From positions 1 to 61,059 of the IMG/VR virus record IMGVR_UViG_3300036806_000045: 61,059 bases of DNA. The stretch is one strand, 5' to 3'. Origin of the DNA: a virus. Its lineage: Duplodnaviria; Caudoviricetes. Below, one piece after another: positions 1 through 10,016 of the stretch. Position numbers and translations under genes: made by a program. Positions within the stretch are counted from its first letter, which is position 1, and each line of letters opens with the position of its first letter. The notes under the pieces are model-generated. The model was given only the letters and a program-made list of their open reading frames with translations. It had not been told where the DNA came from and searched no databases.

Positions 1-127
1 GCCGGCATATCTTCGCCGTTGGCATCACGCTTCGCGAGGGGAAGAAGTTCCGTCTTGATCGTGCGCACCTTGGTCACAAGCGCGGCGCGGTCGCGCTTCA
101 GCGTTGCGACACTGAGTCGCAGATCAC
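1..127. repeat. Terminal direct repeat, left copy (circular assembly overlap)
   Basis: Bases 1-127 (gccggcatatcttcgcc...agatcac) are identical to 60933-61059. Confidence 0.97.
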
Positions 128-137
128 CGTCAGGCAT
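1..137 (-). CDS. 5' part of major capsid protein (gene spans the origin and continues through 60932 to 59618; about 483 aa)
   Basis: ATG at 137 with GGAGG just upstream reads MPDGDLRLSVATLKRDRAAL, in frame with VTKVRTIK of the 59618..61009 ORF. Confidence 0.9.
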   Translation of the reverse strand, partial: MPDGDLRLSVATLKRDRAALVTKVRTIKTELLPLAKRDANGEDMP

Positions 138-215
138 AGAAGGCCTCCGTCTAAGGGATGCTGCGTCTCTCGACGCTGCTCGCCTTGCCCAAGGGCATGG
201 GGGCAACCGCGCGGA

Positions 216-1352
216 TTAGGCCGCGGTCAACTCGCGTTCGAGGCGCGTGGCGAGGGCTTGGAAGAACCTCCGCCGACCTGCGGAACTCGTCAGCTTCGCC
301 GGTTGCGTGTTCCGTGCACGCGCTCGATGCAATCCGATCAGGAAGCGCGCCATAGCTGGCGTGCGTGCCTGGGTTACAATCTCGACCTCGGCCGGCTCGA
401 CGATATCATCGACGGCCTCACCGCCGCCGACCATTTCGGCCACTTCTTCGGCCGTCATGTTGATCAGCACATCGCCGAGCGCCTTCATGGCCTCGCCGAG
501 CTGGCGTGGAACATCGCTACCATCTTGCTCAACACCGGCTTCCCACTCCACGCTGGATTTGAGCCATCCGAGATTTTCGAGTGTCATGGCGAGACTGCCG
601 CACTCGTAGAGCCCGCGGGTTTTCAACGCCGAGATCACGGATGCGCGGCGATCCGTATTGCCAGCGCCATTATCAAGCGTGATCTTCACAGTCCTGCGTT
701 CGACCGCTTCTTCTACCATCCGTTCAATCTCCGCCGCGGACCGCTGCGTCACGAGCGCGTCGGGAACGGCCGGGATGCTCACGAAACTCATCTCCTGCAA
801 TTCCCACTTCGTGATGCGCGTGCCGTCCGACGGCTTGTTCCGATCGATCAGCTCCTGGGCAATAACATCGAAGCCCGTAGATGCGGCGGAAATCACTCCG
901 GCGCGGATCAGGCCCAACACTTCATCCGCGCGCGCCGACACGCCGGCAGGCGGGAATCGAACGCGAGACACCAGCTTGTCGCTGCCATTGTCGATCGTCT
1001 CACTGCGGGCGATCGGCCAATCCGGATTGTGCTGCCAGAGCCAGATCGGGTTGGCCCGGTAATTGTCTAGATTCGCCCCGCGTGTCATGAGCACGATCTT
1101 GTCGCGTCCCATCATTTCGGTGGAGCACGTCACCGTCACCGCGCGGTCGTCGGCCTCGTCAATTTGCATCGAGGCGCGGAGGATGGCGCGTCGCACGCCC
1201 AGGGGAGCCGAACGATTCTCGCCCCATGCGGAATAGCAAACCGCCGAGCGCTGATCGTTGTCCGGATAGTCCGAAACCATCGTGTCATTCCCCATGCATC
1301 GCGAGATGAAATCTTCTTCCTTCTCGCCGTCATTCGGGCTGGGAATTGGCAT
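216..1352 (-). CDS. HK97-family prohead maturation protease with N- and C-terminal extensions
   Basis: Motifs YRANPIWLWQHN, SAASTGF and WELQEMSFVSIPA; lies between portal and capsid. Confidence 0.9.
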   Translation of the reverse strand: MPIPSPNDGEKEEDFISRCMGNDTMVSDYPDNDQRSAVCYSAWGENRSAPLGVRRAILRASMQIDEADDRAVTVTCSTEMMGRDKIVLMTRGANLDNYRANPIWLWQHNPDWPIARSETIDNGSDKLVSRVRFPPAGVSARADEVLGLIRAGVISAASTGFDVIAQELIDRNKPSDGTRITKWELQEMSFVSIPAVPDALVTQRSAAEIERMVEEAVERRTVKITLDNGAGNTDRRASVISALKTRGLYECGSLAMTLENLGWLKSSVEWEAGVEQDGSDVPRQLGEAMKALGDVLINMTAEEVAEMVGGGEAVDDIVEPAEVEIVTQARTPAMARFLIGLHRARARNTQPAKLTSSAGRRRFFQALATRLERELTAA

Positions 1353-1427
1353 CGCTACCTCGTTACGATCATTTTGCCTGATGCGGGCCGTTTCTTCCGC
1401 GTCGGCATTACCGGTCGCGTCACCCGC

Positions 1428-1730
1428 TCAGGCGTATGTGGCAAGTCCCGCGGCAACGAGGGCATCTGCTTCGACGCTAGGCCATTGGCAGGCGTCTCCT
1501 GCTCGCACAGCGGTCCGCGTCGGGTATCGGTTGACGATGCTGGGCTCATATGCCGACGCCATTACCACATTCGTGAAAGGACCATAGGCGGCGATCCAGG
1601 CATTGACCGTGCCGGCGGCCGGGGAGTCGAAGTCACCCCACAGCGCGAAGATCCACGCGAGACCGCCCGACACACGATAGGAGCCAAGCTGCGCATAGCC
1701 GGGCCGATATCCGAAGGTCGCACCAGACAT
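1428..1730 (-). CDS. Hypothetical head-module protein, 100 aa
   Basis: Start overlaps the upstream stop; sits in the head operon. Confidence 0.6.
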   Translation of the reverse strand: MSGATFGYRPGYAQLGSYRVSGGLAWIFALWGDFDSPAAGTVNAWIAAYGPFTNVVMASAYEPSIVNRYPTRTAVRAGDACQWPSVEADALVAAGLATYA

Positions 1731-2416
1731 TACGCTGCCCGCAGAGATTGCCTATTCGACAGCTTCGTCAGGCGGTCGACGACATCTTGGAATTCCGACG
1801 ATTGAATCCATGCCAGGAACGCCGCCTTGTCGAGCGCCGCACCGCTGTCGCCAATCTGATACGTGCTATCGATTGGCGCCCGTCCATTGGCGTGGTGCAG
1901 ATGCTCCACTCTGACCGTCATGTCGCAGTGCCAGAGATTCAGGCCTCGGCCGATGAATTCCCAGAAATCGTCGACGTACCAATGTCGCACGCAGGGCGGC
2001 ATCCAGAATCCGGCCGCGCACAGCACGTCGCCACGCCAGACGGCGGCACTGCCGAGACGCCAGGGCGATTGCCAGCCGTCATCTCCGGTCGCTATGCCGT
2101 GGCGGTTGGCCGCCTCGATGAGCTTCACATCCCATCGCTGCGTGACCGGATAATCATCATCGGCGATCATGCCGTACCAGCTGCGGAATTCATCCAGCGC
2201 GAAGAACCGATTGAGCACATGCACGAGCGATCGGTCGCTTTCAGCCCGCAGCGTTACGCTCCATTGTTCCGGCAATTCCTCGCGGATCGCGGCAATATCT
2301 CTCGCCTGGCTCGCCCCTAGGATTACAACGCCCGGCGTCGACATCCCGGTCGCTCGCATCGCGCGCAGAGTTTCCACCAGGCGCTGCGGCCGATTGAGGC
2401 TCGGAAGCACCCACAT
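1730..2416 (-). CDS. GT-A fold (GT2-like) glycosyltransferase
   Basis: N-terminal VLPSLNRPQRL, acidic motif MIADDDYP, WYVDD and VEHLH; coupled to the portal stop. Confidence 0.65.
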   Translation of the reverse strand: MWVLPSLNRPQRLVETLRAMRATGMSTPGVVILGASQARDIAAIREELPEQWSVTLRAESDRSLVHVLNRFFALDEFRSWYGMIADDDYPVTQRWDVKLIEAANRHGIATGDDGWQSPWRLGSAAVWRGDVLCAAGFWMPPCVRHWYVDDFWEFIGRGLNLWHCDMTVRVEHLHHANGRAPIDSTYQIGDSGAALDKAAFLAWIQSSEFQDVVDRLTKLSNRQSLRAA

Positions 2417-3789
2417 CAGATCACCGCCTGGTCGGCCGTTTCGCTTTCCACCGGCTTCAGATCGCCGGGAATCACATCGCTGCCGAGGCCTCCGGGCTTC
2501 GAACCATCCTTGGTTGACGGCGGCGGTGCGTTGCCCTGGTCGTCTAGTTGCGCGGTGTTGGCGGGGATCCGGAACTTGTCGCCACCCGGTACAGGCGGCA
2601 GCCCCAGTTTCGCGCGCGCCTCGTTCCGGCTCATCAGGCCGTTGTTCACGGTCGATCCGTAGAACTCAGCCTGCGACTTCATGTCGCCCTGCAGCATGTC
2701 GGAATAGTCAATCCGAAGCCGCACGCGCCCAAGCTCGTCCGCGTAGAAACACTTCTGGAAGCCTTGCGCGAGATTGACGATCCGCGGCTTAATCGTCTCG
2801 TTCGCGTAAGCCTGATCCTGCTGCTCCAGCGTCGAAAATGCCGCCTTGCTCAGATCATAGACCTTGTGCGGCGGCACGCCGAACATGCGGCAAATCTCAA
2901 TCACCTGGAACTGCCGGGTTTCGAGAAACTGGCTGTCCTCGTTGGTCATCGTCAGCTTCTCGAACCCCATCCCTTCCTCAAGGATCGCGGTCCTATGCGA
3001 GTTCTGCACGCCACCGTAGACATTGCCGAACGCCGTCGCCAGCCGCTCGCTTGCCTCTTTGCTCAGCTTGCCCGGATGCTTCAGTATACCATTGAGCTGC
3101 GCACCCTGCCGGAATAGCACCGCGCCGTGTTGCTGCGTCGCGATGGCGAGGCCAACCACATCCTGGGCCACAGCAATCGGCGTCATGCCGAGATAGCCGC
3201 CATCCACGGTCAGACCGCGGACATGCACGACGTCCTCCTGATGGAATGTGACGCCCCAGCCGATCTGCGGGTGCGATATATTGTAGAACAGGATGCCCTG
3301 CGGTGACAGCAGCACCGATACGCGATCCCAGTTCAGCGGGATCAGTTCTTCCGGCGAGCCGTCCCAGCCCCGCTTGATCACCGCAATCGCATTGCCGCGC
3401 AGTTCGAGCGACATGACCATGTAGCGAAAGAACTCGAACCAGGTCATCCAGCGGTTAGGCTTGCACAGCACCAGATTGAATGGATGCTCGGCATCAAGCG
3501 TCCAACCATGATCCGGCACGAATTTCTCCACGCCGAACTTTAGGCCGGCGATGTCCTCGGATAGCCGCTTGACGCAGGCATAAACCGTTGCTGCCTGCAA
3601 CGCGGATAGCGGCGTGATCGGAATGCCCGTACTGGAGCCGCCGCCGCCGAACAGGCCCCACAGCATTGGCGTGGGCCACGCAAGACTATAATCGCGGACG
3701 ACACGATCAACCGCACCGCGAACACGCTCGCCGATTTCAGCTTCCGACGCGAACCCTAGCCGTCGTGCAAAAGCGTCGACAAACTTCAC
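2416..3789 (-). CDS. HK97-family portal protein
   Basis: VYACVKRLSEDIA, LRGNA, ILEEGM, SQFLETR, ICRMFGVPP and NEAR motifs. Confidence 0.96.
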   Translation of the reverse strand: MKFVDAFARRLGFASEAEIGERVRGAVDRVVRDYSLAWPTPMLWGLFGGGGSSTGIPITPLSALQAATVYACVKRLSEDIAGLKFGVEKFVPDHGWTLDAEHPFNLVLCKPNRWMTWFEFFRYMVMSLELRGNAIAVIKRGWDGSPEELIPLNWDRVSVLLSPQGILFYNISHPQIGWGVTFHQEDVVHVRGLTVDGGYLGMTPIAVAQDVVGLAIATQQHGAVLFRQGAQLNGILKHPGKLSKEASERLATAFGNVYGGVQNSHRTAILEEGMGFEKLTMTNEDSQFLETRQFQVIEICRMFGVPPHKVYDLSKAAFSTLEQQDQAYANETIKPRIVNLAQGFQKCFYADELGRVRLRIDYSDMLQGDMKSQAEFYGSTVNNGLMSRNEARAKLGLPPVPGGDKFRIPANTAQLDDQGNAPPPSTKDGSKPGGLGSDVIPGDLKPVESETADQAVI

Positions 3790-3974
3790 GGAGCGTCTGC
3801 CACATCCGCGTCATCAACCCATTCCCACACGATGCAGCCGTTCACCGGCTGGAACCAATACAGCCAGCGCTTGTTGAACCGCATGCGGTGCACGCCGAGT
3901 TCGAAGCTGTCCGGGGTCACGACTGACTGTATGGTGTGAACGGGAATATCGTCGTCTGGCATCTCATCCTCCAA
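3786..3974 (-). CDS. Hypothetical protein, 62 aa
   Basis: Overlaps both terL and portal, filling the gap between them. Confidence 0.5.
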   Translation of the reverse strand: MEDEMPDDDIPVHTIQSVVTPDSFELGVHRMRFNKRWLYWFQPVNGCIVWEWVDDADVADAP

Positions 3975-5736
3975 GCACTGTCAGTCCGCGGCCTTCGTAG
4001 ACAGACGGCCCGTCATCGGCCATCGAGCGCCCGATTGCCATGATCAGCGCTGACATCCCATCGATGCGGCCGCGCGAGAATTTCTTATGCGGCATGCGAT
4101 TGTCGTTCTTATCGAACTGAACCCGCAAATTTGACGCCATCCAGGTCAACACCGGATTCGATCCATGATCCAGCTTCGAAGCGAGCAACCACGCCTCAAG
4201 CTCCTTCGTCGGCGCGGTATAGGAGCGGATGCCCTGGACGAACTCGAATACCGGAAGTCCATCGCTCTGCAGGCCGACGGCAAGCTGCGTTGCATTCCAA
4301 GGATCATATGCAATCGCGCCAACATCGAATTGCCGACAGTCATCGGTCACCGCGGCCTGGATCTCCTGATGATCGATCACGTTGCCGATCGTCGGCTCGA
4401 TCCATCCATCATCGATCCAGCGCTGGTACTGCACTCGGTCACGGTCAGATTTCTCAGCCACCGTGTCCGCCGGCATCCAGAACCGGGCGAGCGCATGCCA
4501 GCGGTCGTTCTCGTCCGCAGGGGCGAATATCTTCACCCACGCCGATAGATCGACCTTGCTTGATAAATCGAGGGCGCCGAGGAAGCGTCGCCCCTTCAGT
4601 TGCTCCACCAATTCGGCCTGATATTGCCCAGGCTGCCTATCCGCCGGACACAGGCTGTTCTTCGCCCACACGTCCATGTCGACGTAGCGATCAGCCGATG
4701 CGGTCCGCAGATTGAGCCGCAGCCGCTTGAATTCGACCTGTGCCGACGGTGAATTCTTCGCCTTGTGCGCCTGTCGCTTCAGATCATCGAGCTTGACGCT
4801 GATCCCAAGGTTCGGATTTGCCTTCGCCCAGGCCTTTGGATCGTCCCAGCGGTCTTCCTTGTCGATCGTGGTGATGAAGACGAACGCGGAGTCATCCTCC
4901 AGCACACCCTCCAGGACCTTCTCAGCGTAGTCATGCTCCTCCGCGTAGACACTCTCCGGCGTGTCGTCGCCGGCGGTGGTGATGATCCAGAGTAATGGCT
5001 GCCGGCGCGAACCCAGAGCCGTGTCCAGCACGTCCAGCACGCCGCGCGATTTGTGTTTGTGCAGCTCGTCAATCAGCACGACGTGCGGGTTGAGGCCATC
5101 CAGCGTGCGCTCGTCGGCGGACAGTGGCTCGAACTTCGACGCCGTGCTGTCGATCGACATATTCGACCGGAAGATACCGATGCGCTGGCTCAGTTCGGGA
5201 GAGGCGCGCACCATGCGCTTCGCCTCGTCGAAGATGATCCGCGCCTGTTCCTTCCGCGTGGCCGCCGTATAGACCTCGGCGCCGGGCTCGTTATCCGCCA
5301 CCAGGCTCTTGATGCCTACGCCGGCCAACAGGCTTGACTTCCCGTTCTTCCGCGGCAGTTCGATGTAGGCTGTCCGGAACCGGCGTGTGCCGTCGGTACG
5401 CTTCCAGCCGTAGACCGAGCCGACAATGAACTTCTGCCACGGCGCCAGGACGAACTCGGTGCCGCCCCACTCGCCCTTGCTGTGGTGCAGATAGGCGTAG
5501 AACCCGATCGCGTTCGCCGCCCTAACTGGATCCCAATGCAGTCCGCGGCGAGCTGCCCGCTGGATGTCCTTCAGATGCCGACGGCAGGCCAGCTGCACGA
5601 AGCGGCAGGCCGGAACACGGCCATCATCCACCGACTGCGCATAAGCCGTAACCGGATCAGTTGATGGCCGCGCTTTCGGCAAGGTAGTCGTCGAGGCTCT
5701 TGCGCTGGGTGGCGGACGGGATGCTGGCGGAGGCAT
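3964..5736 (-). CDS. terL: Terminase large subunit (HK97/cos type)
   Basis: Walker A PRKNGKS, Walker B VLIDELH, ITTAG, nuclease DLS and RIDG motifs. Confidence 0.97.
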   Translation of the reverse strand: MPPPASRPPPSARASTTTLPKARPSTDPVTAYAQSVDDGRVPACRFVQLACRRHLKDIQRAARRGLHWDPVRAANAIGFYAYLHHSKGEWGGTEFVLAPWQKFIVGSVYGWKRTDGTRRFRTAYIELPRKNGKSSLLAGVGIKSLVADNEPGAEVYTAATRKEQARIIFDEAKRMVRASPELSQRIGIFRSNMSIDSTASKFEPLSADERTLDGLNPHVVLIDELHKHKSRGVLDVLDTALGSRRQPLLWIITTAGDDTPESVYAEEHDYAEKVLEGVLEDDSAFVFITTIDKEDRWDDPKAWAKANPNLGISVKLDDLKRQAHKAKNSPSAQVEFKRLRLNLRTASADRYVDMDVWAKNSLCPADRQPGQYQAELVEQLKGRRFLGALDLSSKVDLSAWVKIFAPADENDRWHALARFWMPADTVAEKSDRDRVQYQRWIDDGWIEPTIGNVIDHQEIQAAVTDDCRQFDVGAIAYDPWNATQLAVGLQSDGLPVFEFVQGIRSYTAPTKELEAWLLASKLDHGSNPVLTWMASNLRVQFDKNDNRMPHKKFSRGRIDGMSALIMAIGRSMADDGPSVYEGRGLTVLGG

Positions 5737-6169
5737 TGAACCCTTCGCCCGCCGTCGGAGCTACGAAAACCCGTGGCCGGCTCGTCGGACTGAAGCCCAG
5801 TTCCGAGGATGCCCGGATCATGATCAGCGCCTGGCGGTTGATGATGGCGAGGTACGGCGACATTACATCGCCCTTCGGGGACGTAACCGTGAGTTCGCTG
5901 GTAAGGTTGTAGGCAACCAGCGCCTGCCGATGCAGATCGAACGCGATGCACCACGCCGCTAGCGGCGCGAGATCAATGCGCTTCAACATCCCCGGCGGCG
6001 CGTGCGCCAGTGCGTATTCCCAAATGCCTCGCTGCTCGTCGCTGAAGTGGTCGGGTGCTGCGGCAAGATCGCCGACCGGCTTCGGCTCAGCCGGGTTCGG
6101 CTTCCGTCCGTGGCTCGGATTGCCGCGCAGGTTCGCGAGAACCGTCGGGACCGGCTTGCGTCCTCTCAT
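5657..6169 (-). CDS. terS: Terminase small subunit (P27 family)
   Basis: MRGRKPVPT...LRGNP start, SPYLAI and ELGFSPTSR motifs; directly upstream of terL. Confidence 0.93.
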   Translation of the reverse strand: MRGRKPVPTVLANLRGNPSHGRKPNPAEPKPVGDLAAAPDHFSDEQRGIWEYALAHAPPGMLKRIDLAPLAAWCIAFDLHRQALVAYNLTSELTVTSPKGDVMSPYLAIINRQALIMIRASSELGFSPTSRPRVFVAPTAGEGFNASASIPSATQRKSLDDYLAESAAIN

Positions 6170-6272
6170 AGCGCGAGATTCCTGGGAAATTTTATTTCGG
6201 GGACGCGTACGCGGGGTTGGGACGCGGTCATTGGCGCAAAAGTCTCACGACTTCAGGCCCCTATAGGGGGCG
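6170..6272. other. Probable cos region
   Basis: Non-coding gap between HNH and terS, the usual cos position in HK97-like phages; contains the dyad CCCCTATAGGGG; cut site not defined. Confidence 0.45.
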
Positions 6273-6602
6273 TCACGCCCCTCGGCGGCTGGCGTTGACC
6301 TCGCGCGCCGTCCGCGCATCGTGGCACGGCTTGCACAGGCTGCGCAGGTTGGCGTGGTCGAGTCGAAGGTCAGGCCGATCGCGGATGGTGCGGATGTGGT
6401 CGACCACCTCAGCGGCGCGGATGGTGCCTGCTTCCATGCAGAAGCGGCACAACGGCTCTTGCTTCAGATGATCCAGCCTGACGGCGGGCCACGCATCGGC
6501 GTAGCCTCGCTGCTTGGTCGTGCCTCGTTCGCGATCGAACTGGCGTCTAGCCTGGGCGGCCGATCCGTGTAGCGGTTGGTGGACTGGCGGCCGCGTTGGC
6601 AT
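6273..6602 (-). CDS. Terminase-associated HNH endonuclease (HK97 gp74-like)
   Basis: RGY..W, EPLCRFC, VVDHI and NLRSLCKPCHDART motifs; start taken at MPTRPP. Confidence 0.92.
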   Translation of the reverse strand: MPTRPPVHQPLHGSAAQARRQFDRERGTTKQRGYADAWPAVRLDHLKQEPLCRFCMEAGTIRAAEVVDHIRTIRDRPDLRLDHANLRSLCKPCHDARTAREVNASRRGA

Positions 6603-6772
6603 GGGGACCGCTTTCGACCGACGGTGGATCAGCCGCGCCGTGATAGGCATGGTAGGCAGCCAACTGTTTCTGCCAACGAGCTTCGCAAGCGGCGCAACCA
6701 CAGTGGATCAGAATGTCGTCGGGGTGCGCCGGAGCGCCTTCGGCTTTGAGATACGGCAGCGGAAACGACATC

Positions 6773-7411
6773 TTATGCCGCCGCCGGGGACAATTCCCGA
6801 GCGATACTGGATGATGGGGCTTTTCGTTCCCGGTTGTCAAGCGGTTGTGTTCGGGCCCGTCCAGGTGGGTTGTAGTGCTCGTCCAGGGCGGTGAGCGCTG
6901 CCCGCAGCCAGCCGTAGGCAGTGGCATGCCGCAACCGGTGCGTCTCGGCGAACTCCTTGGGCGTGCGGTTGTCGATCACCACCCACCAGAACACCGTGTC
7001 CCGGTTCAGCCCCAGCATCAGCCGCACCACCGTAACACGGCGGATGGCACGCGCCTGAGCCTCGGGCATGCCGTCGCGTGTGCCACCGTGCATGGCCATG
7101 GACAGGAATGAGGCCGAGCTGCCACCGGACGCCAGCGAGCAATCATCGAGGAACCGGTTCGCTGCGTCGAACATGGGCTTGGTGATTGCGTCGTCGAGCC
7201 ATAAATTGCGCAGCGCCATGCGCCGGCGAGCGCCACGAACCACGGGACCGCGCACCTTGCCGCGGTCGTTGGCTGGGTCGGCTGAGCGGTCCTCCAGGTC
7301 CACGGCACCTGGCCCGGCGCTGTGCATGCGGCCGTCGCTGCCTAGCGTGATTGATGGGCCGTAGTCGGCGTGCGCGTCCAGGGCGATGACCTTGCGTGTG
7401 CGAGCCTTCAA
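6773..7411 (-). CDS. Putative late transcription regulator (Q-like position, C-terminal HTH)
   Basis: Last early gene before the packaging genes; C-terminal helical segment ending WLRAALTALDEHY. Confidence 0.55.
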   Translation of the reverse strand: MKARTRKVIALDAHADYGPSITLGSDGRMHSAGPGAVDLEDRSADPANDRGKVRGPVVRGARRRMALRNLWLDDAITKPMFDAANRFLDDCSLASGGSSASFLSMAMHGGTRDGMPEAQARAIRRVTVVRLMLGLNRDTVFWWVVIDNRTPKEFAETHRLRHATAYGWLRAALTALDEHYNPPGRARTQPLDNRERKAPSSSIARELSPAAA

Positions 7412-7481
7412 TTCATCCTCCGCAGCGGGCAGCGTGTGGTGCAGTCGCAGGGCTTCTGGTCCATTGGGCAGGTCTGGGCGC

Positions 7482-7655
7482 TCATCGCAGCGGTTTCCCA
7501 GGTAACGAGTAGTCGACCTTGCAGCCGCGGCATTCGCGCCCGTCCTCGGCCTTCCCGGTGTCGCCGCAGCAGATGCACACGAACGTGCCGGCTTCCTTGG
7601 CGATCTCCCGCCACCGGGCGTTGATGTACTCGAGTTCCTCGGCGGCGGGCTTCAC
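7482..7655 (-). CDS. Small Cys-rich hypothetical protein
   Basis: GTG start overlaps the upstream stop; CICCG...CRGC. Confidence 0.5.
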   Translation of the reverse strand: MKPAAEELEYINARWREIAKEAGTFVCICCGDTGKAEDGRECRGCKVDYSLPGKPLR

Positions 7656-8044
7656 GTGCCGCTCGCCCGAACCAGGCAGTGAACCTCGCCGCCATGCCAG
7701 CATGCCACTGGCTCGCCCTCCGGGTTTGGCTGCGGTGGCAACACGGCGTCGTCCGCAACTGCCACCCATGCGTCAGGTGCCGTGTCACCGAATGTCGCCT
7801 TGTCGATGAACACCTCCCAATGCGTGCCGACCGTGCGCGCGTTGACAACGCGGCAGTCGGAGACAGAGCAGCAGCCGTAGCCGGTGCTGGGCTCGGTGAG
7901 TGAGCGATACCAGCGGGCGACGGGGGAGTTCGGATCGGTGCCTGCCGGTGGGGCGGCGTGGGCGGCGGCCAGCAGGAGATAAACGCCGATCGCAGCCGCC
8001 CACAGAGCGAACCAGGCGGCGGTTTCCAGGAGGTGGGCTTTCAC
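7652..8044 (-). CDS. Secreted or membrane-anchored Cys-rich hypothetical protein
   Basis: Hydrophobic N-terminus ending AHA; WYRSL...GCCSVSDC motif. Confidence 0.6.
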   Translation of the reverse strand: MKAHLLETAAWFALWAAAIGVYLLLAAAHAAPPAGTDPNSPVARWYRSLTEPSTGYGCCSVSDCRVVNARTVGTHWEVFIDKATFGDTAPDAWVAVADDAVLPPQPNPEGEPVACWHGGEVHCLVRASGT

Positions 8045-8229
8045 GCCGCCACCCGCGTCATAGCCGCAAGCCACAACCGCCGCACCGAATCCCACGAGTG
8101 GCCCTCGTGGCGAGCCGTGAACACCACCCGCCAGAGCGACGGCTGAATGGCGCACAGCTGCATGACGCGGTGCTTGGCAAACATCCGCGCTGGTCCGGAG
8201 GTTCGGTCGGATTCTCCGAAGGCTTTCAT
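8041..8229 (-). CDS. Hypothetical protein, 62 aa
   Basis: 4-nt overlaps with both neighbours. Confidence 0.5.
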   Translation of the reverse strand: MKAFGESDRTSGPARMFAKHRVMQLCAIQPSLWRVVFTARHEGHSWDSVRRLWLAAMTRVAA

Positions 8230-10016
8230 TCAGCTTGCTCCGTCCAAGCTGGCGGCATCTGGCCATCAAGGTCAGCAATCGGCGTCATGTAGCGGCCGGT
8301 GATCTCGTTGAAATCCAGCGTCACCACTGCGCCGCGCCGTGCCCACCGACGAAATCTTGATTTCCACACGTGAAGCTCGACGGAACCGGCTTGTGGGGAA
8401 TGCAGCGTCAAACCGAGATCAGCCTTGTTCGCCCAATGCTGACTGCCGCTGATCGAATATGGCCCAGGCGCGACCAGCTTCTCGCCCGGCCGCAGCGGAA
8501 GCGGCTTCGCTGGGTGAGCGATAATCCAAACGTTGCATCCGTGTCGTAGCGCAAATGCACGCAACCGCTGTAGAGCGCGACCGATATAATCCGTCTCGCT
8601 CATGTCGGCCTTCTGGTGATCGATCTCATTCCACGGGTCGATCAACAGGTCAGTCACGCCGTCTCGCAACACAGCGGCGCGCGCACGTTCAAGCACCCAA
8701 TCAAGCGCTGGCGCATCGTCCTCGGCATCACAGACCAGCATCGTTATCCGATCGGACAGCCACATCTCGGCGTCAGCGATCTCAACATCAGTCATGCATT
8801 CCATGGCCGGATTTGGATAAAATGGCTTGCCGACGAATACTTCAGCGCACTGTGCTGCAAAATGTTCCCAAGGTTGATGCTCAGGCGAAAACACTGCCCA
8901 CCGGCGCGCATGATCGGCTGCGGTGTGCACCATCACGAACCGAGTCCAGCTTGTTTTGCCGTGCGTGGGATACCCGGTGACGATGCACAGCCTACCTTCT
9001 GCCGGAAGCTTCAGCACGGCGTCGCTTGCGCGTACGCCGGTCGTCATTGTGCCTGGCGCCGGACGAGCGCGCAGGGAGAGCAGCGTGCCCGGCTTGATAC
9101 GCTGCAATCCCTCGATGGGATAAGGCTGTGCGGATTGCACGGCGGCGACAACCGCATCCGGTCCATGCAGCCGCAGCACGTCGCAGGCGTCTTTGCAGTC
9201 ATCCGGCCACGTCACGATGTAGCAGCGGTGACGACCAAGGCGCCGGGCGAGTTCCTCACGGAGAGCAAGACCAGCCCTGTCGGTGTCACCGGCCAAGACT
9301 ACGCGCCGCGCTTTCGCGAGAATGTCACCATGCGTGCGGAGCGCCTCGAACCGCTTATCACCACCGCCTGGTTGGGATGGTGCTCCGTCCTTCAGCGTGA
9401 CCGCATGCGGAAGGCCGCACTCGAACATCGCCATGACGTCGGGCTCGCCTTCGACCCAGACAATCTCGTCCGGAGCGTTGCCGAGAGCATCGATGTTGAA
9501 CAACGTGTGCTCGGCGTTCGGCTCCTGCAATTGCGGCGTCTTGGCCGGGTGCGGGCGATATTTCCGGTTCACCACGTTGCCCTGCCACACGTAGGGGAAC
9601 ACGATGCAGGGGCTTTCGCCGATCGGATCTGCGAACCGTCTGGTCACTGCGTAGCACCCGAACGCACTCACGGTTCGGTAGCCAATTTTGCGCTCGGAGA
9701 AGAAATCGTAGAGCCACTCGGGCCGGTTCTCTCGCTGCTCGGCGGTGTGCTCACGCGGCTTCTGCCGCGGCTGCTGACGCTCGATAGGTGGCGTATCGTG
9801 GCCGCTGCGCACGCCGTCGTGCCAGCCGCATGAGCCTCGGTGGCACACCCACTTCGCGCCTTCGCCATCGGCATCGACGGTGACTGACAGGCTGACTTCG
9901 CGCGTTTTACCGCCCTCGCATTTCGGGCATCGGATGTGCTCGTTGCGGCCGGGCTCGAAATGCTTCAGCCGGATGCCGACGTTGGCCAGGGCTTCGAACA
10001 GCGTGCTCGGCATCAA
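8226..10016 (-). CDS. Primase-helicase (T7 gp4/Twinkle-like)
   Basis: Zn finger CPKC...CHRGSC, TOPRIM VEGEPD and GDTDRAG, Walker A TGYPTHGKT, LIDPWN and IIAHP. Confidence 0.92.
   Translation of the reverse strand: MMPSTLFEALANVGIRLKHFEPGRNEHIRCPKCEGGKTREVSLSVTVDADGEGAKWVCHRGSCGWHDGVRSGHDTPPIERQQPRQKPREHTAEQRENRPEWLYDFFSERKIGYRTVSAFGCYAVTRRFADPIGESPCIVFPYVWQGNVVNRKYRPHPAKTPQLQEPNAEHTLFNIDALGNAPDEIVWVEGEPDVMAMFECGLPHAVTLKDGAPSQPGGGDKRFEALRTHGDILAKARRVVLAGDTDRAGLALREELARRLGRHRCYIVTWPDDCKDACDVLRLHGPDAVVAAVQSAQPYPIEGLQRIKPGTLLSLRARPAPGTMTTGVRASDAVLKLPAEGRLCIVTGYPTHGKTSWTRFVMVHTAADHARRWAVFSPEHQPWEHFAAQCAEVFVGKPFYPNPAMECMTDVEIADAEMWLSDRITMLVCDAEDDAPALDWVLERARAAVLRDGVTDLLIDPWNEIDHQKADMSETDYIGRALQRLRAFALRHGCNVWIIAHPAKPLPLRPGEKLVAPGPYSISGSQHWANKADLGLTLHSPQAGSVELHVWKSRFRRWARRGAVVTLDFNEITGRYMTPIADLDGQMPPAWTEQAE

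Noticed and set aside
1-127. Biological terminal repeat of the T7 type
   Set aside because: It falls within the capsid gene, its length equals a common assembler k-mer, and the packaging genes are cos-type.
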